DNA from: Octopus sinensis
Taxonomy: Eukaryota
Length of the DNA: 64,000 bases
Reading direction: 5' to 3'
NCBI RefSeq assembly: GCF_006345805.1
Contig: NC_042999.1
Coordinates: 81,840,001-81,904,000, forward strand
Below the pieces are notes generated by a model, which made no database searches, was not told the origin of the DNA, and saw only the letters and a list, made by a program, of their open reading frames with translations. Below, piece after piece: positions 27,307 to 39,273 of this stretch. Within the stretch, counting starts at the first letter, position 1; each line of letters opens with the position of its first letter. A program made the position numbers and the translations under genes.

Positions 27307-30150
27307 TACACTATCTGATCAGCACAGTACGATTCTTCGCTTTTATAATAACATGATTATAAATTGTCACAGTGAATGCATTAAACAAATTTATGAATCC
27401 ATAAAGTAATAATTAAATATGGAATCTAAAGCCTCAGATTAATTTTACAAATATATCGTTTGTTTCTCTCATTTCTATGCTTTAACGACGACGTTATCCT
27501 ATCTAATAAAATTAATACATAAAGGGTGTTTCGCTTTAGTTTAATTGAGTGAACTTCATCATTTTCTTTCTTTTTCTTTCCAGTGGATGTTTTAATTTAA
27601 ATACATTTTACTTTTATTCGTTTAAAATTTAAATAAATTTTATAACTAGATCTAATTTTTTACTCTTCTTTTCTGATTATACAATAATGTATTTTTACTA
27701 TATTTGTAAGTGTGTGAGCCAACGTGTATGCCTTTATTTGTGTGCGCGCATGAATTTCTAAGTTATTAATGTTTTTCAAAATATACAGTTTTTGTTATAA
27801 TTTTATAGTTTTCTACTGAATATTTCTTTAATTTATTCCAATAACAATCTAGAAACCGAACATTTTCAGTCGTAAATCTTCATCTCTAATTATTTCGGGT
27901 GGTCATTAAATAACGGTGAGAATTTTACCTCCGTTTTCATTGGCTTAAAGTAATAACCAATCTCGGAATAATGAATTTGCTGTGAGGAAAAACGGAGTAA
28001 AATATTTCAAAAATTATTTTTAAAAAGTTACACCAAATTAGAACGAGATGAAATATAGGAAAAATAAGAGCAGACCTGTGTTTAAACGAAAATCGATAAC
28101 AGGGTTATAATATATTGAAATATTCCAACATAGTATGAATATACTTAATATAACGGTTCCTCTTATAGTTGATACATTAATCAATAGAATTGTTCTATAT
28201 ACGTTTACTGTCAATCTAAATTACAAACTTAATCTAAAATTGGCGCCATTTCATTTGGTCATTACTTAATAATTGTTGCGTTCTCCTTAATATAATGATT
28301 TCTTACGACGGCAAAAGGCCAATACTTGGCTGTTAGGTACTAGATCGATCTTAGTGAGTGGAAGGGCAACGTTTACCCCGGGGAAATTTTGAGAGACAGT
28401 AAAAAGCCGTAATCAAATGCTGCAAGTCATTTTGTCTGAGTCCGTATTTGCCAGTGATTAATATAATTGCATACAGATTTGCAAGGATACAAATTATTAG
28501 ACTGCAAACATTTATGGAACCTGAGTGTTGTATATTACTAGAATTGTTACGTATGAACATGGAAAAGCAAAAGTTAAATTCGATAATGATATTACCAAAT
28601 ATCAGTATGTGAAAGAAGAAATCTAAATTCTACAAGTTTCTGACGTAAAAGACATAACATTTCCACACAAAAACTCGTATTTGAGAGCTGATGTATACTT
28701 TAGTCAAACGAACTCATTACTTCAGTAGTAGATTTTTTTCGTCGAGCAAATAATGAATAGAATTTTCTATTAGAATTGAAAAATTAAAAGACGGATTTAT
28801 GTATCGCAACTATTGTATAACACACTGTTATCTAATAAGATTTATTTCTAACAATGACACACGGTTACAGACTATGAGCGAAGGTACGGCTGATTAAATG
28901 GACGTCATTACTTCTCAAAACTGGAAGAATGAAGACAAAATCTCAGCCTTGGTAAGATTTAATACTCCATACGTGCACGTTAGGATCAGGTATATTCACA
29001 AGTAACATGCTGACCGCACACATTCACCTTTCGTCAATTTAGAGGAGGGCGACACTTCTCTCACCGCCATAAATTCTCTCTTCTAGCCTTATCTTAAAAC
29101 ATCGTGCGTGTTTTTGTGCGTGAATGTCTGAGTTGGTGTGTGTGTGTGTGTGTGAATGTCTGAGTTGTGCGTGTGTTGTGTTGGAAAAGTGTTGATAATC
29201 CTTGATTGATGTTTTTTATCATAGTGTTTACCTAGACAATCAAGACGATCGAATCCACTAATATTGGAAATATCACTCGGTACGATACAGCTATCACATG
29301 CCTAATGTAAATTGGGCAACGTTTAGAGACTGTGGAACCGGTAAGAAATTACTGTCCTCACTCCTGTATTCTGACTGGTTTTACCACATAGTCCTAGTGA
29401 ATCCTAAAAATATATATATATTTCATGCTTCTTATTACAATAAGAGTCATAAATTATATTATATTTTCAAAAAATCTTAAACTATTTGGATGTCCATCCA
29501 GATTCAGGTCATAAAAACTCAATCTGTTCACTTCCGTATGTAAACAACGTACTGATATCCGAACACAACAACTCGTATCAATCAGAAGCTACATGGCCGG
29601 CTGGTACACTGGTTTATTGGGCTTTACTGATGGCTAAGTTATGCTTAGGAACCGCAGGGGAACAATAAAGCATTCTTTGATATGGTTAAATGTATTCGCA
29701 AACAATGTTGAGCAAGCGGGAAGTACATTATAGAAAGTAGGAAGGCGTCAGCCATCTCCATCTGATATTTCAAAGACAGTCTATCATTCAGTTCAGAATA
29801 AGTATGATCATCATACTGCTGATCTATTTAACGTTTCTAATTTCCCAGAGGTCTGATCTAACCAGATCGCACATACATTTCTTCGAACCTCTATCCAAAA
29901 GAAGCTACTACCGTATATTATACAAACATAACAGTCTAGCTGTCAAATGGTTAGCCGGCAAAATTCTTCTTGTTAAGAAATCTTTCCCCCTCTCCCTCTG
30001 GTACGGGAGCATATGATGCTCGCTTTCTCGATTTCCGATGAGTTCAGTTGCTTGACAGTGTAATCGCCCAGGTACCTCCAGTAGGAGCGGGAGCTCATCA
30101 TCGCTTCTAACAAATAATAGATGCTACTTTTTAGAACGCATGTTAATTAT

Positions 30151-30610
30151 AGGCGCAGGTGTGGCTGTGTGATAAGTAGCTTGCTTACGAACCACATGGT
30201 TCCGGGTTCAGTCCCACTGCGTGGCACCTTGGGTAAGTGTCTTTTACTATGGCCTCGGGCCGACCAAAGCCTTGTGAGTGGATTTGGTAGACGGAAACTG
30301 AAAGAAGCCCGTCGCATATATGTGTGTGTGTGTGTGTGAGTGAGTGCGTGTGTTTGCGTTTGTGTGTGTGTGTGAGTGAGTGCGTGTGTTTGTGTGTGTG
30401 CGTTTGTACCCCCCCCCCAACATCGCTTGACAACCGATGCTGGTGTGGTTATGTCACCGTAACTTAGCGGTTCGGAAAAAGACACCAATAGAATAAGTAC
30501 TAGGCTTACAAAGAATAAGTCCTGATGTCGATTCGCTCGATTAAAGGCGGTACTCCAGCATTGCCACAGTCAAATGACTGAAACAAGTAAAAGAGTAAAA
30601 GAGTAAAGAG
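30151..30610 (+). mobile_element. Full-length CORE-type SINE
   Basis: AGGCGCAGGTGTGGCTGTGTG head, CACCTTGGGTAAGTGTC core, internal (TG)n, GTAAAAGAG tail repeats. Confidence 0.92.
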
Positions 30611-31929
30611 TATAATTAATTACTAATTTACAATTACCCTTAATCATAACAAACCAAAAATTATATAAGGAAATTACAAAATCTCATCTGATTTTGGAAA
30701 TGCTTAATTTTGCTTTAAAAATTTCAAATTAACATCCCCCCTTTGTATGAAAACTGCGATGATACTATTGTGATTCAAATATACATCCAGGCACCAGATG
30801 ATTAAAAGTATTTGACGAAATTCTATATCATTTATAAAATTGATGCACTTTCACGTAATCATCAAATAGGTTATCGTTGTTGCATATGTAGAAATGAAGG
30901 AACATAGCAAACAAAGTTTGCAAAACTTGTACACGTTAATGATTTTCTTTTCGAATATAATAAGCATCAGCTTTTAAGAGTCACATTTTGTATGCTAAGG
31001 TATATTACTATCCTTGTGTACTTAATTAAATTTGAATTGAAACTTTTCATTGATCCACGTTTCGTTATGCCAGCAATTTGTTAAAGATTTAGCAAAATTC
31101 GTATTGGATTAAAGATTATCTCCAAATAAATGTGATAAGACGGCAGAAATTATAACTGATACCTTAGAATATCGCTTTCGAATAGTTACGTAGTGCAAAT
31201 TTTGTTTCAAAATTTAAAACACGTAATTAACCATAGTACATGAACAGTAGATAGATTAGATTCTACTGCATTGCAACTAACACGCTATACAGTCTATCGT
31301 TACCATAGGAGCTGACAAGTGAAATTGATTTGTAAATCATCTTGTCCGCTGAGTCATTTATATTGTTTCATGTGACCTGTGACCTGTAGACTCTCAAACC
31401 TATGACCCAATAGATTAATAGTTTCGCGAAAATAAGTCTTGATTATTCACAATATGAATCATATGAATATATGACTATACATTACATGAATGACTAATGT
31501 TGCGATTAACGACATATTTTGTGAATTATTAAAGGACATATAGTTCTTTTCTCATTTCATTTTCCATACACCCTTATGAAATAACTTTTTATCTTTTACT
31601 TCTTTCAGTCATTCGACTGCAGCCATGCAGGGTCACGGCATTAAAGGTTTTAGTTTCAAAACTCAACCCTAGTACTTTTGCATTGTGTCATGCGTAGCTT
31701 TTGCATTGTTGCCTTTTAGAGAACTATTATCTTACGGAGTCTTGAACAAAATAGCACAGGGTCCAAGCAGTATTTGGAGGGACACTCGTAACTATTATGT
31801 AGTTGACCAAGTGGATTCTCAAAGAAACACATGCATTATACGACGTTTTCCAAGTGTATTCCGGAAGCGAAAGGAATTATCACTTCCAAAGGCACGTGAA
31901 TGAATTAAACATGACTTTAAACAAATATA

Positions 31930-32490
31930 TTTAATTCGAAGCCGTTTTATTCGATAATCTTCATTTAATGGTAGCCCGAATAAGCATAATGGGCATGGCT
32001 GAGGGAGTTCCTACAAACTTTTGTCTCTTAGGGACAGCAATGTTTATCACGATGTTCCTAAGCACTTGAAAGACTGCTGAATAACTTGTGGATACCTAAA
32101 GTTACAAGAAGTAACCCGCTATCGACATAATCTCGATCAGCAATAAGACCGAACCTGAAACAAACCAAAATAATAAGCATTAGGACAAAATCACCTGCTC
32201 ACTGATGGACATTGCAGTCACTTCTGATAAAAATATTCTCCAAAAAGGAGTGAAGAAAATGTCAAAGCACAAAGACCTCGAAAATATGTAAGATGTGGGG
32301 CAGGTACGCGAAAACAATACCAATAATAATTAGAGTATTGGGTAGGATAAAAACATATGGACATAGGAACATGATTAAAATACATGTGAACATATGAATT
32401 TATAGACATATGAACCTGGATTCCCAACACTATACACTGTCCACCATATAACCCTGCTAGAACACAGCCCACAAGTAACGGAAGACACTA
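31930..32490 (+). mobile_element. Two adjacent decayed 3' fragments of R4/Dong-clade LINEs
   Basis: TTTGTCTCTTAGGGACAG (CLLGT, shared with 57590-57910), then DKITCSLMDIAVTSDKNILQKGVKKMSKHKDLE...CKMWG...KTIPIII (restriction-like endonuclease C-terminus). Confidence 0.65.
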
Positions 32491-32809
32491 TTCAATAATA
32501 TATCCTAAACAAACCAACACAGAAACACAAGACGCATTCTATAAGGTAAATATCCAGTGAAATAAGCTTCCATCAGCAACCCAATAACCAATGCATTAAC
32601 AACCCAACACACAATACAAGCAATAATACAACAGAAAGCTGCAGCACACATCAAGAGGAAATGACTGACGCAATACAATACCGGGAAAAATTTATACACT
32701 CCCATCAACGGAAAAGAGCATACTATGCTGCACACACCCCAGTAACGCGGAAGTGTAGCGGGTGATGCAGTCGAAACATGCCTGAAACTACCAAATGTTG
32801 AACAATTAC

Positions 32810-32810
32810 A

Positions 32811-32898
<88 letters not shown>

Positions 32899-32964
32899 TA
32901 ATAATAATAATGATAGTAATAATAATAATAATAATATATAATAATAATGATAGTAATAATAATA

Positions 32965-33043
<79 letters not shown>

Positions 33044-33063
33044 TAATAATAATAGTAATAATA

Positions 33064-33118
<55 letters not shown>

Positions 33119-33540
33119 CAATAATAAAAATAATAATAATAATAATCAGAAGAAGAAGAAGAAGAAGAAGAAGAAGAAGAAGAAGAAGAAGAATGATAAG
33201 AATAGTAATACAACCCAAGAAGGCAACTGAAAAAACAACTCTAAAAAAGTGGAATGTCTACAGTTTTCTGAGTATTTTGAAATTCGCTCAAAATAAGTTA
33301 GGGAACTTTACATATGTACAGCTTTGGACATACAAATGAACACCTCAGTAAATTTAGAAACTTTAATATCTCCAATTTTGCGTGAACACTTTGTCCTCCC
33401 TTCTTCACATGCCTTTCATTGTAACAACACAAATGCACGATAAAAAAATTAAGGAAGTAAGCCCCTGCTAATATATACATACTGCACAAGATCAAAAACT
33501 GTAAACCAAAGTAAAATTCTTAAAAAGGAAAGAAAACGAA

Positions 33541-33588
<48 letters not shown>

Positions 33589-33755
33589 ATTATTATTATT
33601 ATTGAGTGAGAGAGCAGCGCATGCCATCTAATGACACTGGGGTTTCAAATATACGAAACCGAATATACCCACCACAACTACTCGTCTGATAACGCTAACG
33701 TTTCTGCTACATTGTCGGCTATATGATGATGATGATGATGATGATGATGAAGATA

Positions 33756-33805
<50 letters not shown>

Positions 33806-33930
33806 GATGATGATGATGATGATGATGATGAAGATGAAGATGATGATGATGAACATGATGATGATGATGACGAAGATGATGATAATGATGATGATGATGA
33901 TGATGATAATGATGATGATAATAATAATAA

Positions 33931-33995
<65 letters not shown>

Positions 33996-34030
33996 TAATA
34001 ATAATATAATAATAATAATAATAATAATGA
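32810..34030. repeat. Trinucleotide microsatellites (TAC)n, (TAA)n, (GAA)n, (TAT)n, (GAT)n
   Basis: Directly visible at 32810-33195, 33540-33605 and 33723-34030; the poly-His/Met/Ile ORFs are artefacts. Confidence 0.95.
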
Positions 34031-34813
34031 CAGCGATTATAATATCAACAACTGCATCTACAAGAAGTACATGGAACAAACATAATTTAAGAGAAAGACA
34101 TTTTAACTTCTACGGTTTTCAAGTAGAATTCCACAGAAAGTGTAATTTTTCAGAGCTGCAAAGCTGCAAATTAGAAATAAAATCCATGTTTAAGTCTTTC
34201 TGAAATAAAACCATAATGACATAAAAAAAATTAAATTTAAAAAAAAAACATACAAGTTAGAGATTCTCTCTAAAGATAAAAACTGGATGTTTTGGTTGCT
34301 AGAAATAACAGAAAGCCCTTGCTGTCTCTAGACTACACACCTGTTAATTAATATAGAATTACAAAAACGACAAAAAAGAATGCGTTTAAGAATGAGAAAG
34401 GGCTTTTTTTAACGTCCGTATACGGTAAAAATGACCGTTTTAGGGCATTTATTGACTCTCTATCAACAATATTTACACATGTGTTTGCAACTGATCATAG
34501 CATCTATTCAAGGACTTAGTCTTCAAATACTCATAATTTAAGATGAAATTCCTTTCGGAAATTTACAAACATACAATTTGTAGCTGGTCATTTTATCAAT
34601 AAAATATCATGCATTTCCCTTTATGCAAAATGCAATAAATTCCAATACTGTGTGGACGGAATAGCGGTTCCTACTACGTTGGTGATCGTACACATACACT
34701 CACACGCACAAACGCAAGCACACATAAGGACGCACACATACACACACATTCACGCACACAGATACAAACACATCTATATACGCATATTTGCCTTTCTCTT
34801 TATATATGTGAAT

Positions 34814-34847
<34 letters not shown>

Positions 34848-34945
34848 CTCTCTCACAATATATATATATTATATATATATATATATATACTCTCTCACTA
34901 TATATATATATATATATATATATCTATATATATATATATACTCTC

Positions 34946-34994
<49 letters not shown>

Positions 34995-35010
34995 TCTCAC
35001 TATATATATA

Positions 35011-35041
<31 letters not shown>

Positions 35042-35166
35042 CTCTCTCACTATATATATATATATATATAATATATATATATATGTATATATGCAAATAT
35101 ATATAAACATAATATATATGTATATATATATATACATATATATGCATAACATATATATTATATGTC

Positions 35167-35234
<68 letters not shown>

Positions 35235-36117
35235 TAGATATATAGATATAGATATATACGCCACCCATTACGCAGACAAATACACATCTACATATGTTCG
35301 TTTATATGATTTCTGTGTAGTTTCATTCCTTTTAGTGTTTGCGTGTTATGTGTGTGTATGTGCACGTTTATGATGCATGTGTATGTGTGTATAAGAGTAT
35401 GTCTGTAAATAGGTAGGTATATATGTGAACAGATTGAAATACAGATAGATAAATAGATATATTTATGTTATAAATTTACGTTATGCAAATATGTTGAAAG
35501 CCAATTTTGCTACAATTATGGAGCTAAGCTTTCCGCCTCTTATCCAAACTACATAGTATTAATGTATCACTGGAGGAAGAAACAGAAATGAAAGACAAGA
35601 GGCAAAAGAAAACATAGGGGGAATATATTGTGTTTCTCGAATATAATTCCTGAAAATTTCCTGTCAAATTAGAAATTAATTTCAGAAGAAATGGGAGGCC
35701 AAGAACCGTTAAAATGGAAAAGGTAATTTCAAAACTCCATGTGTATGATGCCATTTGAAAGGAAATTTAACTGAAACTGGTTTGCATCAAATAACAATAT
35801 CAATCGCCAATATTTCCACAATTACTTGTTCTATGGAGAAAGATATAAACAAAATATTAAAGGCTCAATTTATGTGAAAATATAATAAATATATATGAGA
35901 AACGGTTAGAACCTGTATCTAATCAATGTTTTGATTGAAAACAGGATATAACTTCCAGCAAAACGTATCTACATCACTTTCAATTTCTGTCTGTCTCTGT
36001 CTACATATCTGTCTGCCTATCTAACTCTCTCTCTCTCATACACACACACATACGTACACACACACACACAAACACTCACTTTGCGCACAGCCACACACAA
36101 GTGTATATGTATGTATG

Positions 36118-36156
<39 letters not shown>

Positions 36157-36265
36157 TAGCATACATGCAAGTACAAGTATTATATATATATACATATATG
36201 TATGTATGTATATTTATATATATATATATATATACATATATGCATGTCTATATATATATATCCAT

Positions 36266-36299
<34 letters not shown>

Positions 36300-36347
36300 T
36301 ATATATATATTATATATATATTATATATATATACATGTACACACACA

Positions 36348-36407
<60 letters not shown>

Positions 36408-36930
36408 GAGTGTGTGGTCAAAGGAAAGCAACAAGTACAGAGCAGATGTTACATATGTTATCTAATATTTCGGAGGCTCTTGAGCTGATGTTCTGTAGGT
36501 ATATTACTGGAGCTTAGCACGTCGGACTTAAGCGAGATGTGCTTGTGTAACGAGACTCTGAAACCTCGAAATGCATGGGCCGTGTCAGAGTGATGATTGC
36601 CTATGTGTTTCGTACACACACGCGCACATACACACACATACACATATAAACATACATATATATATATATTGGTAAAAACGGTAATATAACAAAAGAAAGA
36701 AAGAGACCTCAATATTATGTAAATATTATTTTATAGATACATATTTATTTATTCATTCATAACACACAAATTACTGCACATTAACCCGGAGTTTCTACCT
36801 TTGGATAGGTCGCTTCAACCTTGTTTCTGACGTGAATTTGCTACCCTGGTAACGGTTCATTGAATTTTCCATGTTAACGTTAAACATAGGATAATTCATT
36901 GAAATATATATATATATATATATATCTATC

Positions 36931-36965
<35 letters not shown>

Positions 36966-36967
36966 TA

Positions 36968-37006
<39 letters not shown>

Positions 37007-37283
37007 CAACAATTGAGGGTAAAATTAATTAATTAATCAATTTCACCAAGTGTTCAGTATGCAAAGGGACCATTTAAGGCGAATTCAAATTATTACATTA
37101 TATAAAAAGGGCTTAGTAAAATAAATTACTTTGCCGCATACTGAACTCATTAGAAATAGCAGCTAAAAAAACATTTATAAAACTATTTCTAATACTTAAA
37201 GAAAACCTCTCTCATATAGTGTTTGCTCAATTCAACTCCCGAAAGTATGGGGGGTAGAGACATTAAAAAAATCAAATGCAAAG

Positions 37284-37346
37284 GTTATTTGAGAACGTAC
37301 GTTTCAAGATTAGTCAAACTCGACATTTCTATCATCAGCTCAGAAC
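37284..37346 (-). ncRNA. Type I hammerhead ribozyme motif (copy 1)
   Basis: Exact reverse complement of 37941-38003. Confidence 0.75.
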
Positions 37347-37940
37347 TCCCTGGTTTGGATTTGAAAACACTGAAAGTGGGAGCATACCCCTTCGGCCTCT
37401 TATCGCTTCTGAAGATCCGCTCGTAACTAACAGTGCCAACAAACTCAAATATGCAAGCGAAAAATTTCTGCTCTCCCCTTTCCACCAGCGTGGGTTAAAA
37501 TCAGTAAACACTATGCTTTTTTCGGTAAAATCCGAGGCATTTAAATAGAGAGAGATGAATTATAATTTCAACAATTGAGGGTAAAATTAATTAATTAATC
37601 AATTTCACCAAGTGTTCAGTATGCAAAGGGACCATTTAAGGCGAATTCAAATTATTACATTATATAAAAAGGGCTTAGTAAAATAAATTACTTTGCCGCA
37701 TACTGAACTCATTAGAAATAGCAGCTAAAAAAAACATTTATAAAACGATTTCTAATACTTAAAGAAAAAAGCATAGTGTTTACTGATTTTAACCCACGCT
37801 GGTGGAAAGGGGAGAGCAGAAATTCTTCGCTTGCATATTTGAGTTTGTTGGCACTGTTAGTTACGAGCGGATCTTCAGAAGCGATAAGAGGCCGAAGGGG
37901 TATGCTCCCACTTTCAGTGTTTTCAAATCCAAACCAGGGA

Positions 37941-38003
37941 GTTCTGAGCTGATGATAGAAATGTCGAGTTTGACTAATCTTGAAACGTACGTTCTCAAAT
38001 AAC
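37941..38003 (+). ncRNA. Type I hammerhead ribozyme motif (copy 2)
   Basis: Stem I TGAG/CTCA (+GTT/AAC); core CTGATGA 37949-37955; stem II T-AGA..GTC-GAGTTT-GAC..TCT-T; GAAA 37982-37985; palindromic stem III ACGTACGT; cleavage triplet GUU at 37991-37993. Confidence 0.75.
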
Positions 38004-38185
38004 CTTTGCATTTGATTTTTTTAATGTCTCTACCCCCCATACTTTCGGGAGTTGAATTGAGCAAACACTATATGAGAGAGGTTTTCTTTAAGTATTAGAA
38101 ATAGTTTTATAAATGTTTTTTTTTTAGCTGCTATTTCTAATGAGTTCAGTATGCGGCAAAGTAATTTATTTTACTAAGCCCTTTT

Positions 38186-38234
<49 letters not shown>

Positions 38235-38396
38235 TATATAGTACCGTCCGATATGAATGTATTATTTTAAATATCGATCGGAAGAATTACTACGAATAGG
38301 TGTCCTACATGTCTTTCTACATATATACTTTTGTAAATTCTATTTGAAAAGGAAACACACCTGTAATGGGACAGAATACCACACACACATTCATAC

Positions 38397-38436
<40 letters not shown>

Positions 38437-38733
38437 TTACATATATATACATTTATACATATATGTCACTAAATGTGACTAGGGTGTTAGAAAATACCTA
38501 CATTGCTTAAAATAAAACCTAAAATTCCCTGGTGTTGTGGTGAACGTGCATTCATATAAATATATGCACTAACAGGGATCTTAATCATCCGAAAAGTGCC
38601 TCTCTGTGTATGATTACAGTTAAAGGCATTGAGTACAGCATCAGAGCATTTTAGCTCTTATTTCTAGTAATGCAATAGTTTTCTAACATCGTAGTTCTTT
38701 TTGGTGAAACATTGCAAACTGTTGTATATATAG

Positions 38734-38856
<123 letters not shown>

Positions 38857-38865
38857 ACAATGGGG

Positions 38866-39030
38866 CAAGACGCAAAACATCCAGACAGACGATACAAAGA
38901 AAACAAGGAAAGGTCATTCGGTGTTTTCTTTCCTCAGTCGAGTTCCAGATTATCTTTGCAATTTCGGCTGGCTATACACGAGATTGCTCCAATCTGGCTA
39001 TCCCGAGGAAAATGTAAACTAAAATGTAAA
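38866..39030 (-). repeat. (TA)n-flanked repeat, second copy at ~44690-44860 (+); probably a PLE terminal fragment
   Basis: Reverse complement aligns with 44690-44860 (GATTGGAGCAATCTCG..GAAATTG.AAAGATAATCT.GAACTCGACT..TTTGTATCGTCT..TGGATGTTTTGC). Family assignment is inference. Confidence 0.65.
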
Positions 39031-39050
39031 CTAATTATATATATATATAA

Positions 39051-39098
<48 letters not shown>

Positions 39099-39099
39099 A

Positions 39100-39133
<34 letters not shown>

Positions 39134-39273
39134 CATACATATATATATATATATATATACATATATAGATATATAGATATATATATATATACTTTGATAC
39201 TTTGATAGGTTTCGGGCATTATTGGCCCAGGCCATGTCCAACTTAATAGCACCACCTGGTGAAGTCTTTCAAG

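Larger units (their letters stand above)
37001..38193. mobile_element. (TA)n-flanked non-coding element with A-B-C-A-B'-A' architecture (562-bp tandem unit plus ~427-bp inversion); probable non-autonomous PLE or retrozyme-like repeat
   Basis: TAATTTCAACAATTGAGGG starts at 37001 and at 37563. 37764-38193 is the reverse complement of 37097-37523. Carries hammerhead motifs; no credible ORF. The architecture is seen directly; the PLE link is inference. Confidence 0.8.

Noticed and set aside
32505-32810. Hydrophobic minus-strand ORF tail (YWGVCSIVCSFPL...) suggesting a membrane protein
   Set aside because: Antisense of AC-rich, probably LINE-derived sequence fused to microsatellites; no splice support.
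37223-38064. Paired ORFs (MQRLFENV..., MERGEQKF..., MLNSTPES...) on both strands
   Set aside because: The pairing results from the inverted duplication; short, with no recognisable domain.
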